Source of the DNA: Rhodospirillaceae bacterium | GTDB lineage: Bacteria > Pseudomonadota > Alphaproteobacteria > Rhodospirillales > Rhodospirillaceae | Assembly: GCA_049604415.1 (NCBI GenBank) | Contig: JBMYTN010000006.1 | Location: 65,107-129,106, forward strand | Direction of reading: 5' to 3' | DNA: 64,000 nucleotides | Made by a program: the position numbers and the translations under genes | Notes under the pieces: generated by a model | The model's database searches: none | Told to the model about the DNA's origin: nothing | The model's input: only the letters and a program-made list of their open reading frames with translations | In this document: positions 16,725 through 26,179 of the stretch, piece by piece | Numbering within the stretch: position 1 is the stretch's first letter | How the letters are laid out: the number at the start of each line of letters is the position of its first letter

Positions 16725-19686
16725 ACCAAAGGCGCCGAAACAGGTCGAGACGCTGACCCATGCGGAAGCAAAACGGAAGAATATCCCGACGGCAGAATTG
16801 CAATCGGCTGCGGAGCGGATTGAGGAGCTATCCCCCTTTGAGCCCGTGACCTATCCGCGCGCGCACCCATTGGCCGAAGGTGAAACGAGAGAGCGAGACG
16901 AAGATTTGGACCCGCAGATTATTTGGAAGGGGGCGACCCTTTCGCTTACGCCCGAGCAGGTCGAGGAATTGACAACGACCGGCAAGCTCGAAATCGGCGA
17001 GGCGCAACTGACTTGGCGCGGCAAGGATACGCAGGACTGGTCGGACCTCGTGGTTCAAGCACCACCGCTCTACATCCAGGAAAAGGTTCATCCAAAAGCG
17101 ATCATCGAAGACCTCAAGCGTAAGTCGGAAAAACGCGCGAAGGAAAAAACCGACGCGCCCGACCTCTTCGATATGTTTGGGGATTTCAACGGCATCGACC
17201 CGGAAGCCAAGACCGAGTTCTACCAGCACGATCAGAACTGGCAGAACCGTATGATCCTGGGCGATAGCCTTCAGGTCATGGCGAGTCTGGCAGAACGTGA
17301 GGGCCTACGGGGCAAGGTTCAGTGCATTTATTTTGACCCTCCGTATGGGATCAAGTTTGGTTCAAATTGGCAAGTTTCAACCAGATCGCGTGATGTCAAA
17401 GACGGCAAGTTAGATCAAATCAGTCGCGAACCTGAGCAAGTAAAGGCGTTTCGCGACACTTGGGCTGATGGTATTCACTCTTATCTGACCTACTTGAGAG
17501 ACCGGTTTACGCTTATGAGAGATCTGCTCTCTGAAACTGGCTCAATATTTGTGCAGATAGGGGATGAAAACGCTCATAGAGTGCGATCTCTTTTGGATGA
17601 AGTTTTTGGCGAAGAGAACTTTCTCAATACTATTTTTTACAGAACTACTGGGGGGCTCGCTACAAAAGGGCTTAGCAGGGTTGGTGACATTGTTCTCTGG
17701 TATGCGAAAGATTTGCCGAGAGCTAAATTGAGAAAACTGTATTCAGAAAAATTACCATCTGAAGACAAGAATTACAGGATGCTCGATCTTGGGGGCTTCC
17801 AGATTAGAGGACTCGATGCTGAAGAACAGGCTGGCTTGAAGAGAATTCCAGACCGAAGTCGAGTGTTCAGGTATGACAACCTCACTGGTCAAGGTAGCTC
17901 TGATCACGAGACCCCCCTTCAGCTTGGCGGCAAAATCTATTATCCGCCCAAAAACACGCATTGGAAAGCCAACTATCCTGATGGGATGATGAGACTTTTA
18001 AGGTCTAATAGGCTTCATGCAGGCGGAAATACAGTTAGCTATAAAAGGTATTTAGATGACTATTTGGTAAAACCGATTGTATCCGTTTGGATGGATACTG
18101 GTGTATCTGGTTTTTCCTCAGACAAGCTATACGTGGTTCAAACTTTGCCAGATGTTATCAAGCGATGCATTTTGATGACCAGCGATCCTGGCGATATAGT
18201 TTTTGATCCAACATGCGGATCGGGGACCACCGCATATGTTGCCGAGCAATGGGGACGACGGTGGATTACAATAGACACCTCTCGCGTCTCTCTTGCTCTC
18301 GCTCGGTCGCGCATCATGGGCGCGCGTTATCCATATTATTTGCTCGCTGACAGTCCTGATGGCAAAGATAAAGAGCAGGATATTACCGGAGCGTTTCAAC
18401 CCGACACGCCAACCCGCTACGATATTCGACATGGCTTCGTCTACGAACGCGCCCCGCACATTACCCTCAAATCCATTGCTAACAATGCCGAGATCGACGT
18501 CATTTGGGAAAATTGTCAGGAGGAGCTGGAACTACTTCGCGAACGCTTGAACTCCGCGCTCGGCAAGTCTTGGGAAGAATGGGAAATACGACGCGAGGTC
18601 GATGGCGGCTGGTCCAAAGACGCCAAGGATGCGCACGCCAAGTGGTGGGAGTTGCGGATTGCCCGCCAAGCAGAGATCGACAAATCCATTGCTCAAAAAG
18701 CAGATGTGGAGTTGCTCTACGACCGACCCTACGAGGACAATTCAAAGGTCCGTGTGGCTGGGCCTTTCACAGTCGAAAGTCTGTCGCCGCACCGGGTTGT
18801 TCCCGCAGATGAGGAAGAACTGATTGATTTGGTTGATGCTGCAGAGGGCCATCGGGATCGCTCGAATGCACCGCAAAAAGACTTTACGGCGATGATCCTG
18901 GAGAACTTGAAATCCGCAGGGGTCCATCAGGCCGCAAAAGAAGACCGCATCAGCTTTAACAGTATTGATGGTTGGCCGGGCACATATATCGCCGCCGAAG
19001 GGTATTTTCAGGATGGCGGGCAAGAGGCGAGAAGCGGCGAAGCCGCGACAGGGAAACAACAAGGCATTGAGAAGCGGGCGGCGATCTTTGTCGGACCGGA
19101 ATTCGGCACCGTAACCCGTGCCGACCTAACAGCGGCAGCCCGCGAAGCCAATGATGCTCGGTTCGACGTCTTGATCGCTTGCGGGTTCAATTTTGATGCG
19201 CATTCATCAGAGCTGACTCGCATGGGGCCGTTGCCGATCCTGAAGGCCAAGATGAACCAAGACCTCCATATGTCCGACGAGCTCAAGAATACCGGCAAGG
19301 GCAATCTGTTCACGATCATTGGCGAGCCGGATATTGACTGGAACTTCGATGATGACGGCAATATCGTCGTCGAGGTCCTTGGTCTGGATGTCTTCGATCT
19401 TAGAACCAGTGAGGTGCGGGCCAGCGAGAAGGATGATATTGCGGCCTGGTTTATCGACACCGACTACAACGAAGAAAGCTTCTTTGTCCGCCACGCCTAT
19501 TTCCTCGGGGCGAACGATCCCTACAAGGCCCTGAAGACCAGCCTGAAAGCCGAGATCGACAAGGAAGCCTGGGAATCCCTCTATCGCGACGTGTCGCGCC
19601 CGTTCCCCAAACCGGAAACGGGTCGCTTTGCCGTCAAAGTTATCAACCACTTCGGCGACGAAGTGATGAAGGTGTTTTCGGTGTAG
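16714..19686 (+). CDS. beta-class DNA amino-methyltransferase (N6-adenine or N4-cytosine), Type III Mod-like, with a 150-aa N-terminal and roughly 430-aa C-terminal extension
   Basis: 990 aa. Motif X-like NRMILGDSLQVMASL, motif IV DPPYG (CIYFDPPYGIKF), then about 280 aa (target recognition region), then motif I VFDPTCGSGTT. The order IV then I indicates beta class. The C-terminal 430 aa has no recognisable motif. Confidence 0.8.
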   Translation: MARKPKAPKQVETLTHAEAKRKNIPTAELQSAAERIEELSPFEPVTYPRAHPLAEGETRERDEDLDPQIIWKGATLSLTPEQVEELTTTGKLEIGEAQLTWRGKDTQDWSDLVVQAPPLYIQEKVHPKAIIEDLKRKSEKRAKEKTDAPDLFDMFGDFNGIDPEAKTEFYQHDQNWQNRMILGDSLQVMASLAEREGLRGKVQCIYFDPPYGIKFGSNWQVSTRSRDVKDGKLDQISREPEQVKAFRDTWADGIHSYLTYLRDRFTLMRDLLSETGSIFVQIGDENAHRVRSLLDEVFGEENFLNTIFYRTTGGLATKGLSRVGDIVLWYAKDLPRAKLRKLYSEKLPSEDKNYRMLDLGGFQIRGLDAEEQAGLKRIPDRSRVFRYDNLTGQGSSDHETPLQLGGKIYYPPKNTHWKANYPDGMMRLLRSNRLHAGGNTVSYKRYLDDYLVKPIVSVWMDTGVSGFSSDKLYVVQTLPDVIKRCILMTSDPGDIVFDPTCGSGTTAYVAEQWGRRWITIDTSRVSLALARSRIMGARYPYYLLADSPDGKDKEQDITGAFQPDTPTRYDIRHGFVYERAPHITLKSIANNAEIDVIWENCQEELELLRERLNSALGKSWEEWEIRREVDGGWSKDAKDAHAKWWELRIARQAEIDKSIAQKADVELLYDRPYEDNSKVRVAGPFTVESLSPHRVVPADEEELIDLVDAAEGHRDRSNAPQKDFTAMILENLKSAGVHQAAKEDRISFNSIDGWPGTYIAAEGYFQDGGQEARSGEAATGKQQGIEKRAAIFVGPEFGTVTRADLTAAAREANDARFDVLIACGFNFDAHSSELTRMGPLPILKAKMNQDLHMSDELKNTGKGNLFTIIGEPDIDWNFDDDGNIVVEVLGLDVFDLRTSEVRASEKDDIAAWFIDTDYNEESFFVRHAYFLGANDPYKALKTSLKAEIDKEAWESLYRDVSRPFPKPETGRFAVKVINHFGDEVMKVFSV

Positions 19687-19695
19687 TAGGCAGAA

Positions 19696-20061
19696 ATGGC
19701 ACGGAAATTAACGTCTGACCAGGAAATCGATACTTTTATCGCCAAGGTTATTAGGGAGGCGCAGCATCACGCTCCTGATGTCGCGCAAATCATCATGCCT
19801 CTGTCGAAGGTGGTGAGGGCCCGGCTCAATTTGACCCAGGACCGCGTCGAAGTTTATGAGCGGAAGGGGCAGATGGCACGGACTTGTTGGGTAACAATTT
19901 CCGGAAAAAGATATGTGTTTTCATACAATTATAAGAATCATAAAATTGATTTGCGAGAAAAATCAATTCAAGGCACTTCGAAATATCAGTTTGATAACGA
20001 GACCGATTTAGACAAATTTGAAAGTGATTTTTTCGAGTATGTGAAGGCTGTTGGATATTAG
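19696..20061 (+). CDS. small hypothetical protein (121 aa) at the distal end of the R-M island
   Basis: Starts 10 nt after the Mod stop. AT-rich 3' half. No motifs recognised. Confidence 0.4.
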   Translation: MARKLTSDQEIDTFIAKVIREAQHHAPDVAQIIMPLSKVVRARLNLTQDRVEVYERKGQMARTCWVTISGKRYVFSYNYKNHKIDLREKSIQGTSKYQFDNETDLDKFESDFFEYVKAVGY

Positions 20062-20166
20062 ATAATGCAATTGAATACTGCGGGCAGTTTTTAAAACTTC
20101 CTTCGTTCGGCTGAGTGCTCAGCAGTAGTCTGCAGCGAAATTCACCGGACTTTTCAGGGGAGCAGT

Positions 20167-21324
20167 TCAGGCACTCTCCGGCACCGGTCCCTCCGTGCAC
20201 AACAACAGCACCCGGGACTCTGAACCCAGCCCCACAGACGCAGACAAAGACTGATCCGCGCACAGCGCCCGCAGGCCGACCAGCCCGGCAATGCCCGTAT
20301 CCCCCGCCATCACCGCCGGATCGCCGCCTTGACCGGCCGCCAATCGCGCCATCGCCGGGTGGATATCGGTGTCCTCGACGGACAACGCCGCAATCGCCAT
20401 CTGGCGCATCAAGGCAAAGGCCGGGGTCGAGACCTCGCCGCAGGCCAAGCCCGCCATCTCCGTTTCTAGGCCGCCGCCCACCGCCTGAGAGGTTCCGGCG
20501 CGCAAAGAGGCCAGCATCGGCGCGGCTCGGGTCGGCTCGACGGTGATCACCTTGGGCAGCGCGGCAACCCCCATGGCCTGCAGCCAGCCGCCAATCACCG
20601 AAGCCGCCACCCCGCCAACACCGCATTGCGCCAGCACATGGGTCGGACCCTCCGGCCATTGCGCGGCCAGCTCCATTCCCGCCAGGGTGTAGCCGATCAT
20701 GGTGTCCCGGGCCGAAGGGATGCTGTCGCCATAATCCGTATCGGTGATCAAAAGCACCTGGGCCGGATCGGCAGCGGCCAGATCCTCCGCCGCGCGCACC
20801 GCATCGTCATAGGTGCCGGGCAGGATCACCACCTCCGCACCCTCTGCCCGGATCCGGGCTGCGCGGCGCGGGTCGGCCTCCCGGCCCATAAAGATTTTCG
20901 CTCGGCAGCCGAGCAAGGTCGCCGACCACGCCAGGGCAAGGCCGTGATTGCCATCGGTGGCCGCCACCGCCAACGGTTTGGCGTTTGGTGCAGCATCGGA
21001 GGTCGCGCGGCGCGCCAAGGCCCGGGCCAGGGCGATGGGCGCACCCAGGGCTTTCACCCCGCCTTTGCCCGCCCGTTGGCCCTCATCCTTGATGCGCAGA
21101 ACCCCAAGGCCCAGCTCGGCGGCCAGTCCAGGCAGGTCATAAAGCGGGGTCGGATCGCTGACCGCAGGCACCATGCTTTGGCGCAAGGCCTTGGCCTCGG
21201 CGATGTCATCCCGGGGCAGCCGCTGGTCGAGTGTCGCTTGCAGGGCGACGCTGTCGGGACCCGTTAAGGGCAGCGCTTCGGGACGAACCCAGTGATCGGT
21301 TGGCAGGGTGGGGTGCGTGGACAT
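20167..21324 (-). CDS. PLP-dependent fold-type II enzyme, diaminopropionate ammonia-lyase-like
   Basis: Contains ATDGNHGLALAW, a tryptophan-synthase-beta-superfamily PLP motif as in DAP ammonia-lyase or serine/threonine dehydratases. Start chosen at MSTHPTLP; the ORF extends 31 codons further upstream. Confidence 0.55.
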   Translation of the reverse strand: MSTHPTLPTDHWVRPEALPLTGPDSVALQATLDQRLPRDDIAEAKALRQSMVPAVSDPTPLYDLPGLAAELGLGVLRIKDEGQRAGKGGVKALGAPIALARALARRATSDAAPNAKPLAVAATDGNHGLALAWSATLLGCRAKIFMGREADPRRAARIRAEGAEVVILPGTYDDAVRAAEDLAAADPAQVLLITDTDYGDSIPSARDTMIGYTLAGMELAAQWPEGPTHVLAQCGVGGVAASVIGGWLQAMGVAALPKVITVEPTRAAPMLASLRAGTSQAVGGGLETEMAGLACGEVSTPAFALMRQMAIAALSVEDTDIHPAMARLAAGQGGDPAVMAGDTGIAGLVGLRALCADQSLSASVGLGSESRVLLLCTEGPVPESA

Positions 21325-21434
21325 GCGGATTGATTGTAAAAGACCAAGATGTATTGTCGGTTTGGGAGAAGAGCCCGATTGGGTATACTCCCGCTTCGGA
21401 GTTGGGCCATCGCCCAATTCGAACCTTGGGCCAA

Positions 21435-22904
21435 ATGGATAAAGGGATCAAGATGGCCGCCTGCTTTCCAGTGCGACAGATCAGCATTTCGGCCTTGGCC
21501 CTGATGGCCGCACTTCGTGTGTTTGATCCCAGCGCCCCCGCTTTGGCGCAATCGGCCCAGCCTCCTCCTGGTGCCAGTGCGGGTACCAATGCGGGCACCA
21601 GCTCCGGCACCAATGGCGCGTTGGATCCGGAGTCCGAGGCTCTGCTGGAAAAATTCGATGCGGAGGCGTCGGCCTATGAGGCCTCCCTGACCGCGATCCC
21701 GAATTTTGGCATGGCCGGGTCCGGACCGACCGGGGCGACCCGACCGCCGCAACCCTATTCCGATGGCACCATGCCCTATCAACCGGATTCGGTTCCGGCC
21801 TTCCAATATACCAAAGACGGCAATGGCAATTTCATGGACGACCCGATGAAGGTCGGTCCGGAAGAAGACTATTTCGCCGCGATCTATAGCGGTTCGACCC
21901 GGGGGACCTATTTCTACATCGCCGGGGCGATCTGCGCGACATTGCAGAACCGGATGGAAGAACCCAATGTCCGGGTCAATTGCACCCCGCTGCGCTCCGG
22001 TGGCGTCGGGGCCAATGTGGCCTTGCTGAAGGAAGGCCGGGCGCAATTCGCCATCGTCCAATCCGACACCAATTTTTATGCCTGGCAAAAACTGGCCCCG
22101 ATCCCGCGCACCCGGTCCGTCATGTCCTTGCATGACGAAATGGGCGTCTTCGTCACCCGCAATGGGGTCACCTTGGACAGCGTTGAGGATCTGAAGCGCT
22201 TGCGGGTCAATGTCGCCCGTCCGAGCACCGCCTCGCGCCAGCTATGGGACGATCTGCTCGGCGCCTATGAAATGACCGTCGATGACATTGGCCAGTATTT
22301 TGAGGTCTCCCAGGACTTCAATGTTCAAGGCATTTGCGGCAATCAGATCGACGCCTTCGCCTTGTGGATCGGCCATCCGGCGTCTCTGATCCAAGAGGCG
22401 ATTTCCGAATGCAATGCGGAGGTCAAAGGCATTTGGGGCGATCCAGTTGCCTCGATGATCTCAGCCCAACCCTATTTGTTCCGCTTGGAACTGCCCGAAG
22501 CGACCTACCATCCTTTTGCCCCAGGGGAAGACCCCTGCTCCCCGTCCGGCGAGGGCTATTTGGCCGCCGCCGCGACCCTGGATGCGGAATGCGAGGCCGC
22601 CCGACCGAAGCTGACCACCTATGGCTTTAAGGCTTCGCTGTTGGCTCGGGAAGAAGCCCGCCCGGATGTGGTCTATCACTTGGTCAAAACGGTCATCGAG
22701 CACACCGAATATTTCAAATCCCGCCATCCGGCCCTGGGCACGGTGAATATGTGCGACATGGTCAATAAGGGGAATTATCTCGAGTTCCATGAGGGCGCGG
22801 CACGGTATTATTGGGAGCGCGGCTGGTTGCCCCGGGGCTCCTATGATCCCCGCGATGCAGAATGCGGCGGCACCGTCCCAATGTTGCGCCTGCCCAGCCA
22901 ATAG
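21435..22904 (+). CDS. TAXI-family TRAP-type solute-binding protein with signal peptide and a long low-complexity linker
   Basis: GSTRGTYFYIAGAICATL...LRSGGVGANVALLKEGRAQFAIVQSDTNFYAWQ matches the TAXI consensus. N-terminal signal MAACFPVRQISISALALMAAL. No TRAP permease gene is adjacent. Confidence 0.6.
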   Translation: MDKGIKMAACFPVRQISISALALMAALRVFDPSAPALAQSAQPPPGASAGTNAGTSSGTNGALDPESEALLEKFDAEASAYEASLTAIPNFGMAGSGPTGATRPPQPYSDGTMPYQPDSVPAFQYTKDGNGNFMDDPMKVGPEEDYFAAIYSGSTRGTYFYIAGAICATLQNRMEEPNVRVNCTPLRSGGVGANVALLKEGRAQFAIVQSDTNFYAWQKLAPIPRTRSVMSLHDEMGVFVTRNGVTLDSVEDLKRLRVNVARPSTASRQLWDDLLGAYEMTVDDIGQYFEVSQDFNVQGICGNQIDAFALWIGHPASLIQEAISECNAEVKGIWGDPVASMISAQPYLFRLELPEATYHPFAPGEDPCSPSGEGYLAAAATLDAECEAARPKLTTYGFKASLLAREEARPDVVYHLVKTVIEHTEYFKSRHPALGTVNMCDMVNKGNYLEFHEGAARYYWERGWLPRGSYDPRDAECGGTVPMLRLPSQ

Positions 22905-22928
22905 TGTCCCAGTCCACAGGCTCTAGCT

Positions 22929-23684
22929 TTACACGCCTTCCCCGGATTCATAGCGCTCAATGAAAGCGTTGCCGACCTTGCGCGTGGTCGCGACCGCCGT
23001 GATGGTCGAGACCGCCAGCCCAGCGACAATCGCCAGCGGATTGGCTTTGCCCAGCACCGATAAGGTGACCGCTTCCGCCCCCATCGGCACCACCGCCCCG
23101 GCGACGGAATAGATTACGGCGCGAGCCCGATCCGGCTGGAACGGCTGGTCATAATGGGCGGCCAGCTTTTTCGCCAGGGACAGCTGGACGGCAAACACTG
23201 TGGCGGTGTCCAGGATCGGCATCGGCAAAAAACCGCCAATGCCGCCGAAGACCGCAAAACGCTCCACCAGGCTATGGGCCTTGGCCCGGCGCACCGCAAT
23301 CCGGGCGGCCTCGCGCTCATCCTGGACCGGAGAGGCTGCGTCTTCGCCAGGAGCGTCGCCAGCGTTCCCTGCGGGGGGCTCTGTTGGAGCGTCGGCAGCG
23401 ACCTCCTCAACAACCGGGGCCGCTTTGGCTTTGCTCCGCGACCGGCTCGGGCGTTTCGGCTTTGCGGCCGGGGGCTCCGAGGCAGTGGTTGCTTCGGGCG
23501 CGGCCGCCGTCGCCGCTTCGGTCTTGACCTCGGCGGCTTTGCTGGCGGCTTTGCGGGGCGCCCGGCGGCGCGGCGCAGGCTTTTCTGCTGTGGGCTCTGT
23601 CGCTGCAGCCGGATCGGCGACCGTGGTCTCGCCGGTCAGGTCTTTCATGGTTTTGGTCGTGGCCTTGGGGAGGCGGCGGGCCAT
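22929..23684 (-). CDS. DUF697-like protein with a Lys/Ala/Pro-rich (histone H1-like) N-terminal tail
   Basis: C-terminal domain FGGIGGFLPMPILDTATVFAVQLSLAKKLAAHYDQPF... is paralogous to the protein at 29821-30375. The N-terminal roughly 110 aa is basic and low-complexity (KPAPRRRAPRKAASKAA...KPKRPSRSRSKAKAA). It lies 18 nt downstream of a parA-like gene. Confidence 0.55.
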   Translation of the reverse strand: MARRLPKATTKTMKDLTGETTVADPAAATEPTAEKPAPRRRAPRKAASKAAEVKTEAATAAAPEATTASEPPAAKPKRPSRSRSKAKAAPVVEEVAADAPTEPPAGNAGDAPGEDAASPVQDEREAARIAVRRAKAHSLVERFAVFGGIGGFLPMPILDTATVFAVQLSLAKKLAAHYDQPFQPDRARAVIYSVAGAVVPMGAEAVTLSVLGKANPLAIVAGLAVSTITAVATTRKVGNAFIERYESGEGV

Positions 23685-23702
23685 GGAGCTCTCCTAACGG
23701 GC

Positions 23703-24356
23703 TTATTTGGTCGCGGCCAAGAGGCTGTCGACCTCCTTGGCGAGTTGGGCGATATCGCGGGCTGCAGCGCTTCTTGGTTGTAGCATGGACGGGGTGGCCC
23801 CGAACAGAGCCGCTTCGCCATGGACCACGCGATTGGTCAATTCGGTCTCGAACAACGGAAACCCGGCTTCGCTCAGCTCGCTGCGGATATGGCGGGCAAT
23901 GACGCTGTCCCGGGTGGTTTGGGTCAGCAGGCAGCGAAACAAGGGGGCCGCGCCTTTGACCTGCTGGATCAGGGTTTCGGCGGTGTCGGTCATGACATCC
24001 ACATCCAGCGGCGAGGCCTTCACCGGCACAATCACCAAATCGGCGGTGGACAGAGCATCCAAGGTCGCCTCGGCGCGAAAGCCCGGCGTATCGATGATCA
24101 CCGGCCCGGCGCTCTGCGCCAGCTCCTTGGCCACAACGCCCGGGGTGTCGGAGGCCCCATCCACGACCCGGACCCCGTTTAAGGCCTGCTCCCGGGCCGC
24201 CAGCCGGATCAAGGAGCGTTGCGGGTCCGCATCCAGCAGCACCGGGGCTTTGCCTTTGAGGGACCAATGCACCGCCAAACAGCTGGCCACAGTGCTTTTG
24301 CCACTGCCGCCCTTCAGGGTGGCGATGGCGAGAATGGGAAAAGGGGAGGTCGCCAT
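23703..24356 (-). CDS. ParA/MinD-family P-loop ATPase (orphan ParA-like)
   Basis: Deviant Walker A ATLKGGSGKSTVAS. 217 aa, the size of small ParA/CbiA-type ATPases. No parB or parS is obvious. Confidence 0.8.
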   Translation of the reverse strand: MATSPFPILAIATLKGGSGKSTVASCLAVHWSLKGKAPVLLDADPQRSLIRLAAREQALNGVRVVDGASDTPGVVAKELAQSAGPVIIDTPGFRAEATLDALSTADLVIVPVKASPLDVDVMTDTAETLIQQVKGAAPLFRCLLTQTTRDSVIARHIRSELSEAGFPLFETELTNRVVHGEAALFGATPSMLQPRSAAARDIAQLAKEVDSLLAATK

Positions 24357-24422
24357 GGATGCGGGGGGCTCCGATAAGGGCGATCAAGGACAGGTTGGTC
24401 TAAACACCTTTAGAATAACCGA

Positions 24423-25139
24423 TCACGGCGCTTGGTTGAAGCCGAGTTTGATCGCCTCACCTTCCGATTGGGCATCCAATGCGATGGCCTGTGCGCCTTT
24501 GGCGAAGAGGGCCTGTTGGGCGTCCAGATCCTCCAACCGAACCCAATGTAGAGTTGGTGGCGGTTCTGCGGGCGCGGTGCCATTTGCCCCTTTGATCGGA
24601 CCGAAGCCGACATAGCGCCAATGGCCGCCATATTTGCGCATCAAGCGCACCAGGGCCATGTCACCGCGCAGCACATTGGTGATGCTGGCTGGGTTGAACG
24701 GCGAGACATGGCTGATGGCAAACTGCCGTCCGCAGGCCAGTGCGCGGTGCAGGCGCAGCCGGGTCAAATGATGTTGCAGGCCCGCACCGCGCCAATCCGG
24801 ATGGACCACCGTGCCATCCATATGGGCAAGCAGTGTTGCCGTTGGTTTTGGGGTTCTGGGTGGCAGGTCGTTGAGGAAACTCTCCGCTGCGGTCCGGGGC
24901 AGGCCGAGCACACTATAGGCCACCAAATCGGAGCCTTTAAAGCTGCCAAAGGTTTCACCCCGCAGGCCGAGATGCTCGGGAAAATGCGCTGGGTCTTCCT
25001 CCGCCAAGACCCCCTCGGCAACCGAGGCCAAGCCAAGGCGATACAAGGTCAGCAGTGCCGGAAGGTCCGTCGCCGTCAAAGGGCGGGTGGTCAGACCGGC
25101 AGGGGGGCGCAGCAGCGGATCCTCGGCGCTGGCGGTCAA
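24423..25139 (-). CDS. GNAT-like N-acetyltransferase (tentative)
   Basis: VVHPDWRGAGLQHHLTRLRLHRALACG resembles GNAT motif A. Start overlaps the upstream SBP gene stop. Confidence 0.4.
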   Translation of the reverse strand: MTASAEDPLLRPPAGLTTRPLTATDLPALLTLYRLGLASVAEGVLAEEDPAHFPEHLGLRGETFGSFKGSDLVAYSVLGLPRTAAESFLNDLPPRTPKPTATLLAHMDGTVVHPDWRGAGLQHHLTRLRLHRALACGRQFAISHVSPFNPASITNVLRGDMALVRLMRKYGGHWRYVGFGPIKGANGTAPAEPPPTLHWVRLEDLDAQQALFAKGAQAIALDAQSEGEAIKLGFNQAP

Positions 25140-26179
25140 TCGACCACTTCCGCATAGTCCAACAGGGACAAAGGCGGATAGATCTTTAGCTTCAGCGCGA
25201 CGGGCAGTTTGATCAGATAGGTGAAGCGGTCCAGGGTCTCGATGGGGATCTCACTGGGCGGCGTTCCGTCCAGGACCTGCAGCACTTTGGAGGCCACCAA
25301 ACGTCCCACCAGATCATAGCGGCTGATCAGCCCGAACATGGCATCGCCATTGCGGATCTCGAACTGGGTGGCGCTGAAGGTCGGAATGCCATTTGCTGTG
25401 CTGTGATCGGTCAAGGACTGCCGATGCTCGCCGACAAAATTGTCCGGACCGATATAAATCACATCGGCATTCTGATCGGCCAATTGTTGCACCAGTCCGG
25501 GAATGGCAAGTGGGTCTGGCGCGCCATCGGCCCCCAGCGGCACTGGGGCTTCCAGAACCGTGTAATCCAGCTCCGAAGCATTGCGCTTCAGATCCGCCAC
25601 ATTGGTCCGGGAATTGTCTTCTTGCGGATTGTAAATGATCCCCAGGCGGCGCATGGGGCGCATGGCCCGCATCGCATTGATCTGGGCGCTTAAGGGCGCG
25701 ATATGCGAGGTTCCGGTCACATTGGGACGGCGCGGGCCATCCGGGGGCGGGGCGATTTTGGTCGGTCTGGGATAGGACACCAGGGTGAACACCACCGGGA
25801 TGTCGGTGATGTGGATGTCCGGATCGACGGCGTCATATTGGCCCACCGTGCCCATGGTGATCGAGGTGCCCCAGGTGTAGACCACATCGGGCCGCAGGGC
25901 CTTGGCCTCGGCAATGAAGCCCGGCAGCTTGGACTTATCCCGATCCACAGAGCGGATGATCAGGTTCAGATCCACCCCACGCTCGGCCATATAGGCTTTG
26001 AAGCCCTGCTCGACCTCAGTCTCGCCGCGCCACAGGATCATGAACACGGTTTTTTTGTCCGGGTCCAAGGTAACGGGGGCGGTTTGGGCCCCGGATTGCG
26101 CCCCGGTTTGCGCTGGGGCCTGTCCGGCGAACAGGATCGCGCTTACGGCAAGACCGATAAAAAGGCGCAGCAGGGTCAT
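25136..26179 (-). CDS. ABC-type periplasmic substrate-binding protein (PF04392-like family) with signal peptide
   Basis: Signal MTLLRLFIGLAVSAILFAGQAPA. Residue pattern of the uncharacterised-ABC SBP family. Start overlaps the upstream MFS gene stop (ATGA). Confidence 0.55.
   Translation of the reverse strand: MTLLRLFIGLAVSAILFAGQAPAQTGAQSGAQTAPVTLDPDKKTVFMILWRGETEVEQGFKAYMAERGVDLNLIIRSVDRDKSKLPGFIAEAKALRPDVVYTWGTSITMGTVGQYDAVDPDIHITDIPVVFTLVSYPRPTKIAPPPDGPRRPNVTGTSHIAPLSAQINAMRAMRPMRRLGIIYNPQEDNSRTNVADLKRNASELDYTVLEAPVPLGADGAPDPLAIPGLVQQLADQNADVIYIGPDNFVGEHRQSLTDHSTANGIPTFSATQFEIRNGDAMFGLISRYDLVGRLVASKVLQVLDGTPPSEIPIETLDRFTYLIKLPVALKLKIYPPLSLLDYAEVVD

Larger units (their letters stand above)
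11891..20160. other. putative horizontally acquired defence island (mosaic, locally AT-richer) carrying a Type III-like R-M operon
   Basis: Visibly lower GC in 11.9-12.4 kb, 15.5-16.7 kb, 17.3-18.5 kb and 19.7-20.1 kb compared with the flanks. Cargo is R-M related. No tRNA, integrase or direct repeats were detected at the borders. Confidence 0.45.

Noticed and set aside
24410-24631. 73-aa ORF overlapping the GNAT-like gene start
   Set aside because: It overlaps the longer, motif-bearing ORF on the same strand in a different frame, with no independent support.
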